DNA of 62,290 nt, filler included. It is 14 parts of 14 records of this genome, joined end to end, with 100 filler letters (N's around TTAATTAATTAA, not from the genome) between each part and the next. Parts side by side here need not be neighbours in the genome. Positions count along the whole stretch, not along the records: positions 47,652 to 57,306 come from SRR15195285_10813; positions 57,407 to 62,290 come from SRR15195285_10827; 12 more parts are not named here. One strand, written 5' to 3'. The notes under the pieces were generated by a model, which worked only from the letters and a program-made list of their open reading frames with translations, had not been told where the DNA came from and ran no database searches. Below are positions 48,326-58,186 of the stretch, in pieces. Positions within the stretch are counted from its first letter, which is position 1. Every line of letters begins with the position of its first letter. Made by a program: the position numbers and the translations under genes.

Positions 48326-50976
48326 ATGGCCCGGGCGGCAGCTACTCTGCTCTCCCTCCTGAGCCTGTGCGGTGGCTGCACCGCGGCGAGCATCAATGAC
48401 TCCACCGGGCCGTCATCGTTCGGATTTGCGTCGGTTTTCGGAGACGACGTACGTGCACTGCACTCACTCAATATCATTCATTTGTCTTGACCCGAGCTCC
48501 TGATGATCTACAATTTTGGGTTGGAATCGCCAATTGGCTGCTGGTGATGGTCCCTTTTTTGTCGGAGCAGGTAGTTCTGCAGCGCGATGCTATTAGCGCC
48601 GTGTACGGCTGGGGCGCGCCAGGGATGAGTGTCACTGTGACCGTCACGAAGGTGGAGACTGGCGTGACCGAGCTGGCTGCCCCGCCAGCGCGAGTCGCCA
48701 CGAATGGCCAGTGGAAGGCGATGCTCCCTGCCCACGCTGCTGGCACTGGGTTTACAGTGACTGCCGAGGGCACAGTGGCGTCGGATGCAGTAAAAGGCGT
48801 AGGTACCACTTTGCAGCTGGAGCGCGTAGCCTTCGGCGACGTATGGTTTTGCTCTGGACAATCCAACATGGAGCTCGGGTTGTACTACACGTTTACCCGA
48901 AACGAGTCTCTCGCTGCAATCGCGTCTGGCAAGTACGACAACATTCGGATCATGCACTTCGATCATAACCCACTGGACTCGCCTGCCTTCGTTACCAACG
49001 GCTCAATTGCTACCAACTACCCGGACAACTCGTCCTGGCTTGCTCCCGCGGCTGCAATGGAAATGAAAAAAAGCGGCTGCCGCGGCGACAACTGCCAGAG
49101 CGAGCTGGACGGGTTCTCTGCGGCGTGTTGGTATTTTGGAGAGTCGCTCACTGACCGCATGGTTGCTGATTTGGAGGACGACGAGAGTGACGCTGAGCCT
49201 GTGCCGATCGGGTTGATTCAGAGTGCATTCGGTGGCACCTGCATTGAGTCATGGCTGAGCCAAGATGCTCAGCTCGGGTGCTCAAACATTACTTGCACGA
49301 GCAATCAGAGTTGGTCTTATACAAAAGACACCCAAGCGGCATGCGCGGCAGTCAAGAGCGCTGGCGCCTCGGCAGGCAGCAACGCAGAGCTTTACAACGG
49401 GATGGTGCTACCGTTTGTCAACATGACTGTCAAAGGCTGGCTATGGTGTGCGTGTTTCGCATCCCATCCTTTTGCAACAGGCGCTGTGATCGCTACTGAC
49501 TTGTAACTCTGCATTTGGGCAGATCAAGGCGAGAACAACCTTCCATACATGGCTGGTAATGTGGTCGACCAAACTGGCTATGCATGTCTTCTTCCGACGA
49601 TGATTTCCAACTGGCGCCACATGTGGTCCATCGAACCGGGGACCACTGACTCAGAAGCGCCGTTCGGTATCGTGGTCCTGGCTGACTCAACCGACGAAGG
49701 CTGGGGAAGCAACGTCCCGCAGATGCATTGGGCGCAGTCTGCCAACCATGGCGTCGCCCCTAATCCTCACCTACCTGGGACGTTCCTCGCCACCGCTCAT
49801 GATCTGGCTGATCCATGGGCGGATGGTTGCCAGCAAGACGCAAAATGCTGCATTTCAACAGGTGAGCCACTCGATCCGCGCTGCGATCGGGCGGGTCACA
49901 ACTCAGGGTGGTTGCAGCCTGGTGGCGCTGGCTCGGAGCCCACTACACACACTATGGGTGTAACGATCCATCCTCGTGTTAAGCGGCAGGTTGGGGCTCG
50001 ACTGGCACAGGCTGCATGGTCGCTTGTGTGCGTGTCTGACAAGACCTCTGTAGTAGTGCTTGCTTTCTTTGCTTTAATGCCTGAACCCGTGTCTGTTTCC
50101 GGTCAGGTACGACCATCCAGCTACGTCTTGGACGGGACCGGTGATCAGCGGATGCGAAGTGCTGAACGGAGGACAGCATGTAAGGGTCAAGTTTAACACT
50201 TCGTTGCTCAACGGGGCAGCAGTTGACGTTCGAGACTAGTAAGCACTTGAGCAGAGCGCCCCACATACATGTCGCTCCATGATCCCCATGATTGTTGCTG
50301 TCGCCACACACTGTATCTTCGTGACGGGCACACCTGATGGGTTGTTGATCTGTCGCTTTTTGCAGCAACAAGACCGAGCAAGCAAGCGTAATGTGGATCC
50401 TTACTACCCCACTCCCTACGGATGCTGATAAAAACTATGCGTACACGAATCGAGAGCCTTGGTGGGGTGACTCATCTGCGTGGGTCAATGTTGATATTGC
50501 GGCGGATGCCTCCGATAAAAGCTCAGTGATTGTGCGTAGCTTCTCTTGCATCGTTTGTGAATTCACCCCAAAGCAAATGCTGTGTGGATCGTCAGCATGA
50601 AATTAACCGGATCGCCCATGCACATGCTATTTGCAGGTCACACTGCCCCCAAAGACTTCCATCACGGCGATCAAGTACGGGCATCAGTCTCCGAAGGGCA
50701 GCCCCCAGTCGGTGCGTTTGCGTGGCACAGGGTTGCATCAATTTCACATACGTCCTTTGGGGTGCTCATCGACGCCTGTCTGCGTGTGCGAGGGTCGGGC
50801 AGGGCGAAGATAAGATATGCTGCGGGAATCGCGACTTTGCGACGCACCCCTGTAAACCAGCATCGTGCCCTATCAGCTCCGGTAGTGGTGTGAACTATCT
50901 CCCAGCGATGCCGTTTCATGCAGCAATAGTGGGCGGAAAGTGCAAGTGCTTTGCGCCCCAAATTTGCGATGAGTGA
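48326..50976 (+). CDS. Second secreted sialate O-acetylesterase-family SGNH esterase (multi-exon; introns include 48449-48570 and 49448-49522)
   Basis: Signal peptide; FASVFGDD|VVLQR; VAFGDVWFCSGQSNMEL; FSAACWYFG; FGGTCIESW; W|YQGE; TIHPRVKRQVGARL. Confidence 0.9.
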
Positions 50977-51057
50977 TGAACCAGTTTTCTTTGCAAATGT
51001 ATGGGTGCAAACACACAGAATTTATGAGCTCAGAACGTGCAGCCGAGCGCGGCCGAG

Positions 51058-52881
51058 TTACAACTCGGACACGTCGGCGCCCGCAGTCGGATTCGATGTC
51101 TGTGACGATAGCCCACGGGATAACTCGCCGGAACCCTTCACCTCGCCACCGAGCGCATCCTGGGCGGGGGCCTGACCAGAGAATGCCCGGCCTCCGTAGA
51201 TCTTGTACTCGACGATGCCCGCCACGACTGAGTCACCAACAACATTGACCGTCGTACGGCATCGGTCCATGAACCAGTTGATAGCCAAGAGCACTGCGAG
51301 AGAACTGTGCAGGTATTCAATGTCGCACTTGTCAGGGACGCCGACGAGGTTCAGAATCATCCAGATGAAGATGATGAAACCACCAGGAACTGGCGCAGCA
51401 CCACAGCAGATGAGCGCACCGACCACGCCTGTCTGAACCTGCTCGGCAAATCCCATCTGGTACCCCGACATCCCCGCAAGGAAGATGACGGCCTGGACGT
51501 AGTAGATGGTGGAGCCATCCATGTTGACAGTGGCACCCAGGGGGAAGATTAGGTCGATTGTGCGCTGCCGTAGGCAGTTCACGCGGGCGCAGGCCATCGT
51601 CACAGGCAGCGTGGCGGCAGAAGAATCAGTCGCCATCGCCATGATCATCGCGGGTCGAAGGTTGCTATAGTATTCCCTAGCGTTGCATCCCGGGGCGAGC
51701 ACGGTGAGTACCCCGAACAGCACTGCCACGTGGCACAGCTGTGCCAGCAAAGACATGACAATGAAAGTGGCATAAGGTGCGAGGCTGCCGTCGCCCATTT
51801 GGGCAATTCCCGCCGCGATAAGGGAGCCCACCCCAAGCGGGGTGAACTCAACCACGCTCATGACCACCGACATTAACGCGTCGCCACAAGTCTCTACCAT
51901 GTCGAAGATTGCTTCGGCCTTTTGTCCCTGCTTCGCGAGAGCCTTGCCAAAGAGCACAGAGAAAACGATCAGACCGAGCAGGTTGCCGGATGCAAACGTG
52001 CTGATAACATTCCGTGGCAAGATCTGAAAGCCGATCGAGAGGACTGCATCCAGAGAACTAATTCCGTGCGGAATTGCCGAAACCACGTCCGTCACATCTC
52101 CAAAATCCGCTGTCCACTCACACTGGGCAGCATCGCCGCACATGATCGCGACACAGTCCGTTCTTGACAAGGCATCACCGCACGCCATGTCGCACCCTGC
52201 TGAGGGTGTGTAGGACACTGAACTACATGTCCCTAGGACGCTGTAGTCGGGGTTGTCCGAAAGTTCACCGAGCTTAACCTCGTCTTCGTGGCTTGGTAGA
52301 ACCTTGAAATACAGCCGCCCCCGGCTGTCCCGCACCGCCGAGAACTCCGGTTCAAGATCCACCAGCCCGGTGCCCCACTCGCATGGCTTCTGGTCTACCT
52401 TGCAGCGCGCCACGGTGCAGGGGCAAAGGGCAGCGACGCAGTCCTCCTCCGTCTCGTAATCTGGATTTTCGCACCCAACGCCAAGCGGATCTCGCGGCGG
52501 TTTCTCGCCACTGCCCCCGGGCGCGAAGATGTTTGTGAAGATGAGGGACTCGACAACTGCAAGGACGGTGGTGCAGCCGTAGCACGAGACGCCTAGAGAC
52601 ATCATACCAGCTGTCTCATCATCGCCGTTCGGGTCCGGGCGCTGCGATGCCACCATCGCGGCGCAGATGTACGGCACGACCATCAGCATGAGGGCGTTGA
52701 TGAAAAGCTCCCCCGGGTACCCGATGATCGTGTTGAAAGCGTCGCCCGTTCCGCTGGCCTTCGCAACCAGTCCAATCGTGAGGCCAGTGCCGGCACCGAT
52801 CATAATGAGGAACTTCTTGTACTTCTGATACAGGGTCTGCTCCCCACCGCCGGCAGACGAGTCCCCATTCTCCGGATCCAT
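51058..52881 (-). CDS. SLC1/DAACS dicarboxylate/amino acid:Na+ symporter with a Cys-rich extracellular insertion
   Basis: GYPGELFINALMLMVVP, HP1 TDSSAATLP, TM7 PLGATVNMDG, HP2 GAAPVP, TM8 DRCRTTVNVVGD. Confidence 0.93.
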   Translation of the reverse strand: MDPENGDSSAGGGEQTLYQKYKKFLIMIGAGTGLTIGLVAKASGTGDAFNTIIGYPGELFINALMLMVVPYICAAMVASQRPDPNGDDETAGMMSLGVSCYGCTTVLAVVESLIFTNIFAPGGSGEKPPRDPLGVGCENPDYETEEDCVAALCPCTVARCKVDQKPCEWGTGLVDLEPEFSAVRDSRGRLYFKVLPSHEDEVKLGELSDNPDYSVLGTCSSVSYTPSAGCDMACGDALSRTDCVAIMCGDAAQCEWTADFGDVTDVVSAIPHGISSLDAVLSIGFQILPRNVISTFASGNLLGLIVFSVLFGKALAKQGQKAEAIFDMVETCGDALMSVVMSVVEFTPLGVGSLIAAGIAQMGDGSLAPYATFIVMSLLAQLCHVAVLFGVLTVLAPGCNAREYYSNLRPAMIMAMATDSSAATLPVTMACARVNCLRQRTIDLIFPLGATVNMDGSTIYYVQAVIFLAGMSGYQMGFAEQVQTGVVGALICCGAAPVPGGFIIFIWMILNLVGVPDKCDIEYLHSSLAVLLAINWFMDRCRTTVNVVGDSVVAGIVEYKIYGGRAFSGQAPAQDALGGEVKGSGELSRGLSSQTSNPTAGADVSEL

Positions 52882-53963
52882 CCTCACGCTGTGATCTACG
52901 AACCCACCGTCCCTCTCACGTCCCCTCCAACCTCCCCTTCCTCGCCGCTCCCTCCCTCCCTGTTCCACCACCACCACCTCCAAAGCCTCTGTGTCCTCTC
53001 GCCCTCCCTTCAGCCCTCCCTAAAGGTATGCAGACGTGTTCGTGGACCCCCCCAAACCCTCCGGGCTCCGCGCGCTCCGTGAGTCGTCACCGCCGGTCCC
53101 TCAACGTCGACGCATAGACCATAGAGTCACCACCTCGGTACCGTAGAGTACAACTTGTGTACACACTCCCACGCGGGGTAAGAGTGAGGTCAGTGCAGCC
53201 CGATCAAATAAAAGAGACAAAAGTCCAACGCTCCTCGCGAGCGTCCACCGTCTATGTAGATGTTGTTCACATGAGCCGGCGCACCCGGTGAATCGAACGA
53301 TTCAATTAGAATTACCAGAGCGCTCCGGTCTGAGGGGCGTGGGACAGGCAGGATCAGCGCTGATCAAGATCTGGTGGTTCTCTCAGGGACAGGCAGGATC
53401 ATCAGTGCTGTGATCAGTGATGGCCAGGGGGACCAGCCGTATGGGGATACTCACTATCGGGCGCCCGCGCGCGTGCGCGCCTACGCGCAGCGCTTGGCGG
53501 CGGCGCGGGCCGCCCGGGCCAGCATAAGAGCATATATCCTAGATATGCTCCGGATCCGTCCGCGCGTCCGCCGCGCGCGCTCGAGCCGCGCGAGGAGCGG
53601 GCAGGCGTCCAAGGGTCGTCGCTCGCGCTTGCCAGGCCGCCGTGCACTCGGCGTACGTGCGAAGCCGTACAACCTACCGGTAATCCGTACTCATCGAAGC
53701 GAGTATCGTGCGACTCGACGCGCCGGGGACGGCGGTACTTCGACAGGGACTGCTGTATACTACACGTTACAACGTGTGCACAAGGTACATCATATCGACG
53801 ATACGCGTAGTGCTAGCGAGCGACGACGAAGCTGCGCCACTCGCGCTGCGGCGCGATCCGATCCACGCCCGCTGCCTGCGCCCGCGATTGAAGCTGGCTC
53901 ATCCTCACCTGTGTGGGGGCAACAAGCTGCCAGTGAGTTTGACCATCAGGGTTGCGGCAGCGA

Positions 53964-55919
53964 ATGCGCCGCCGCGCCGTGTGGGCGGCGGCGCTGCTCA
54001 CCGTAGGGGCGTGCCTGTACTTCAGCGCGAAGTGGTCGGCAGCGGTCTCCCGCGCGCGCAGCCTCGGGCGGGCCGCCCGCCTAGCCGCTCGGGCGCGCAA
54101 GCTGAACGAGGATGAGCTGCTGGCTGAACCGACGCTCCTTGCGGAGCTCGCGGCGATGCTTGAGCTATGGCAAAGCGACTTCCTCTCCGCGCGTGTCGCG
54201 GGCGATGCGCTGTGTCGGATCAGCCGCCCAGGCCGTGTGAAAGACAAGCTGCATGAGCTGGGGGTGACACGGACGCTGTCCAGGGCGATTTCCCGATCGG
54301 CAGAGCAGGACAACCGACCGAATATGGCTCAACAGTACCGAGGACGACTCGTGCGCTTTGATGGAGCGCAGGCCGCAGCGCCGGGGCAGCTTCCGGGCCA
54401 GCTCCCGTTCGCGCCACGACCCTTCGCCCTAGTTCAGGACGTGTTCTTAGCGTTGGCTTCGTCGCTCAGCGATGGAGGAGGTCGATCGCGCCTCACCACC
54501 AGAGAGGATGCGCAACCAGAGGCTGCGTGGGATTCGCGGCAGGACGGCCTGCTGAGCGCTGTGCCAGCTCTACTTAAGCTCGCGACGGAAGGCCCGGTCG
54601 TGATCTGTGTGGCCCATCCGCACGCTCCGCAGCAGGCACCTGCTGCGCGTGCGCGCCAAAATATCCGTATCTGGATGGAGCTCGAGAACACGCCGGATCC
54701 ACGGGCTCTGGTTACCTGCGTCAACATCGCACAGGGGCGTGGCCCTGGAAACACAGAGCTGCACAGACGACAGGCCGGTGCGGCATTTTCCACGTTGGCT
54801 TCGACAAAGCGATGGCGCGGCGCACTGCAACGTGTGTGGACCCGCAAGGACCAGGCGTTCTTGCGGATGGTAGCCGGAATGGGGGTTGGCTTCATCTTGG
54901 GTCCACGTGTTGGAAAGACGCCCCCAACTACGGGATGGCGGACTAGTCGCCCGCTGTTGAGAGCACGGAGGGCTCGCGTGCGCACGTTGCGGGTCGAGTC
55001 TGCTGTGATTGACCGGCTTGTGCGCGAGCTGGTTGGGGCAGTCAGGCTAGCAGAGACACATAAGACCGAGACAGAGGCAGAGGCCGCAGAGGGCACAGAG
55101 GACGAAATCGCATGTGGAGTCGAGGAACTGGTGCATGCAATAGCAATGCTACTGCTTGAAAGGCATAATAGACGAGCTTTCGCTCAGTCTACGGCAGCCC
55201 CTGTGATGGAGGATGAGCCATCTGACAATCCCAATAATGATGGTGGCGGAGAGGTGGAAGTAGTGGAGGCAGTGGATGGGCTGGAGGACAACGTATCTGA
55301 CAACGCCGAGGGGCCGGACCACTCTGTAGATGACGAGCACAACGACGAATTAGGGGATGAGAGCGAAAGTGACGAAGATGAGGATCACTGGCAGCACAGC
55401 TCCGACCTGCCCACACAATCTCCGGACCTCAGCGAAGGTCTCGGGATCGGAGCGTTGCTGCGAGTGTGTTCGCACCCGTCTCGACCCATGGACAAGCGCG
55501 GTCGGGTCGATCGGACCCAGGCGCACCCACCGCCGCATTATCTTGCTGCGACTTCGATTTGGCGCATTGCGCTTGATACTGATTGTCGGCTCCTGCTGGA
55601 AACCCAATTGCGACACATTGGGATTGAGTGGAGCCTTGCACCTTCCGTCTGCGCTCGCAGAATCGATGCCTCGGCGGAGCCCATTGACTGGCAGGCTGAG
55701 CGCATCGTCTGGGTCGGCTGGTGGAGCGGGCGCGGCAGGTCAGACGCCAGCTGTGGAAGCACTGGCGCTGACGAATGCGCCGGACCAGCAGACAAAAGAA
55801 GTGGCGCCGGCCCACTGTGTTGGTTCGCGCTGCTTTCACAAGAGCTCATGCGGTGCATTGTTCGGGAGCTGCGCCCAATTGGCTTGCGAAACGAGTATAC
55901 AGTGTTCGCGGCGAACTGA
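53964..55919 (+). CDS. Hypothetical ARM-like helical protein with an acidic tract
   Basis: About 650-codon ORF with helical-repeat character and a D/E-rich region; start uncertain. Confidence 0.55.
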   Translation: MRRRAVWAAALLTVGACLYFSAKWSAAVSRARSLGRAARLAARARKLNEDELLAEPTLLAELAAMLELWQSDFLSARVAGDALCRISRPGRVKDKLHELGVTRTLSRAISRSAEQDNRPNMAQQYRGRLVRFDGAQAAAPGQLPGQLPFAPRPFALVQDVFLALASSLSDGGGRSRLTTREDAQPEAAWDSRQDGLLSAVPALLKLATEGPVVICVAHPHAPQQAPAARARQNIRIWMELENTPDPRALVTCVNIAQGRGPGNTELHRRQAGAAFSTLASTKRWRGALQRVWTRKDQAFLRMVAGMGVGFILGPRVGKTPPTTGWRTSRPLLRARRARVRTLRVESAVIDRLVRELVGAVRLAETHKTETEAEAAEGTEDEIACGVEELVHAIAMLLLERHNRRAFAQSTAAPVMEDEPSDNPNNDGGGEVEVVEAVDGLEDNVSDNAEGPDHSVDDEHNDELGDESESDEDEDHWQHSSDLPTQSPDLSEGLGIGALLRVCSHPSRPMDKRGRVDRTQAHPPPHYLAATSIWRIALDTDCRLLLETQLRHIGIEWSLAPSVCARRIDASAEPIDWQAERIVWVGWWSGRGRSDASCGSTGADECAGPADKRSGAGPLCWFALLSQELMRCIVRELRPIGLRNEYTVFAAN

Positions 55920-56188
55920 TAGAGTAGCCAACTGGCATGTGCACCGTTTTTAATTAAAGATCCTCAATCCTCTCGAGCAGCAGATCGTGAACGTGCACCC
56001 TCCGACCGCAATTCATTTGCCTCCGACCAACCGTGAGCCGCAGAATGCATGTCCAGTAAGCGGCGTAGGACGACGCCCGCCCAGCGAAGCAAAATAATGC
56101 TCGAAGAGCACACGGTCAGTGCAATCGTGACAAGTTCCACTCGTTCATTTCCCCAAAGCCGCCCACTAAACTCTGCTGTCGTCGAAGA

Positions 56189-56947
56189 TTAGGCGAGCAA
56201 GCGGAGCACTGCGGCGATGTGAACTGCCGCACAGTCTATGTGTGGAAACGGCGTGTTATCCGAGTTAAACACCAAAGATAAGTCTGTGCCTGCCAAAAGG
56301 ATCGCCTCCACGCCATCTCGCTCAATTAACGTCTGGGCTTGCGCAACCAGCCTCGTACGCTGTGCGTCACGCTCCTCTGGGGTAGCATTGATGGACCTTG
56401 CAATCTCATTGTATGTATCACCAATCACCTTGACCTCGTCAGCAGGAGGGATGACGACCTCGGCCACACCGTCCAGTTTACCGTAGCATGCAGACTCCTG
56501 GACAGCTCGAGTGCCGAAAAGGGCTACGCGTCCCAGTTGTCTGGATACTGCCTCGTCACGGATGCATTCAAGCATGTCCACAAGCGGCAGTGGCGATATT
56601 CTCTTTAGTTCTTCTGCGCAGTAGTGGGGTGTAACCGCTGGCACTACAGCGAAGGTTGCACCTGCTGCCTTCAGATCGCCTATGGCCGAGCTCAAGTACT
56701 CAGCAAGCCCATTCTTGTCGCCTGCATCGACTAGACCGAGTACCGTGGATATCTGCGTGTGCACCATCGCTAGCTCCAGTGGCATATCACCGCGAGCTAC
56801 AGCAAGCTCCCGGTAGTAGTGTAGCCCGGCTCCGACGCCCAGGCCACCAACGATACCCACTCTGGTCACCGCCGCGGGTGCCACCGCGCCCACCGGCGAC
56901 ACTGCTGCCTGTGCATGCAGCTGCCTCGACAGCCGTCTCAGCCGCAT
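56189..56947 (-). CDS. Asp/Glu racemase-family protein, intronless, with a putative mitochondrial presequence
   Basis: VGIVGGLG..HYY, LKAAGATFAVVPAVTPH, RVALFGT, EAILLAGTDL, IDCAAVH; N-terminus MRLRRLSRQLHAQ. Confidence 0.88.
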   Translation of the reverse strand: MRLRRLSRQLHAQAAVSPVGAVAPAAVTRVGIVGGLGVGAGLHYYRELAVARGDMPLELAMVHTQISTVLGLVDAGDKNGLAEYLSSAIGDLKAAGATFAVVPAVTPHYCAEELKRISPLPLVDMLECIRDEAVSRQLGRVALFGTRAVQESACYGKLDGVAEVVIPPADEVKVIGDTYNEIARSINATPEERDAQRTRLVAQAQTLIERDGVEAILLAGTDLSLVFNSDNTPFPHIDCAAVHIAAVLRLLA

Positions 56948-57406
56948 GGCGACGGTGTGCTTGCGCTGAACTGCCGAACAGCAACGCATTGGTCCGCTTG
57001 CGCCCGTCGTCGGCAGATTCGCTCGCCAGTGCACGTGGGCGCCGAGTGCGGCTCTGAGGCCGCCGTTCCACGGTGCTGCCGCGGTCGTCGTCGCGCTCCA
57101 CGCTGGTTCGCGCGAGGGTTCGTCGCTCGCCGCGGCGGGTGCGATATTTACCGCGCTACGTATATACATCGCAGCGCACGTATACCTTACCCACCCACGC
57201 ACGAGCCAAGCAGTCGCCCCATCAGCCAGCATGCACTGATGATCTGGTAATTCGGTGCAGTACCCAGGTTGAAGGAATGGCAAATTGACCGGCCGCGTGT
57301 CAGTCGNNNNNNNNNNNNNNNNNNNNNNNNNNNNNNNNNNNNNNNNNNNNTTAATTAATTAANNNNNNNNNNNNNNNNNNNNNNNNNNNNNNNNNNNNNN
57401 NNNNNN

Positions 57407-57498
57407 TGGGATCACCATCAGCGCCGAGATACCTCCTCACTGCGGGGGGGTCATTGTCATCCCTGATCGCATGCCTGATTAAGTTATCGGTGTCCATC
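57407..57498 (-). CDS. Possible N-terminus of an ankyrin-like protein (cut by the contig end)
   Basis: MDTDNLIRHAIRDDNDPPAVRRYLGADGDP resembles an ankyrin repeat, but only about 30 codons are visible. Confidence 0.3.
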
Positions 57499-58186
57499 CT
57501 GATGCTGATTGATATGATTGATGGATTGGTTTCGGTTGATTTGTGCGCTGAGAATTCCATCGGATCGACCGCCGGATGCACTGACGAATTGGTAGGCTCA
57601 TTCGTATTCCGCCGCATTCACCGTGGATTGCGCCATTATGACTGGAGATTCGTACTGAGAATTCCCCCCTCAGTCTCGCGAATTCACAGCAGAGGGAGTT
57701 GGGGAGACGAACGGCTGTGGGCGGTGGGTAGTACCACGAACTCACTGATGAATACCGTGGACCCTCCTCGTCCGCCCACCTCGGGGGGTCGCTAGTTGTT
57801 TTCACGTGTGTTTATTGAAATTCAGGTGATTCGCACTCCGCTGGGAATTGCAGACCTTCAGACTCAACGTCCGCCCCGGACGAGTCCGATTTCCTCCTCA
57901 CGCGACGATATGGATATCCATTCACCGGAACCCGGGCTCTCCCCAGAAACATAATGATTTCAGTGATACTCCGTGGAAAGTAGCAGCGATCTCGAGCGGT
58001 CGCAGCGGAGCCGTGTATTTCTTAGTGCTTTCTCAATATTCAATTACGAATCAAACCAGGCCGTCGAACCAGTTGTGGGAAGATATCGCCCCATACAATT
58101 GACTGGCGGCCGTTTTTTTTCAAATTTCCGTGGTTTTTACGTGCGATTGCGATGTGACGGAGTGTGTGGCAGGCGTGTCTGGGGTG

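Noticed and set aside
53341-53401. 16-bp direct repeat GGGACAGGCAGGATCA at 45-bp spacing, superficially CRISPR-like
   Set aside because: Only two copies, too short, no cas genes, eukaryotic context.
5404-57406. Periodic TTAATTAATTAA repeat as a biological array, and the window as one gene cluster
   Set aside because: Identical N-flanked spacers are concatenation artefacts. Cross-contig neighbourhoods are meaningless, and ORF ends reading XXX..LIN are artefactual.
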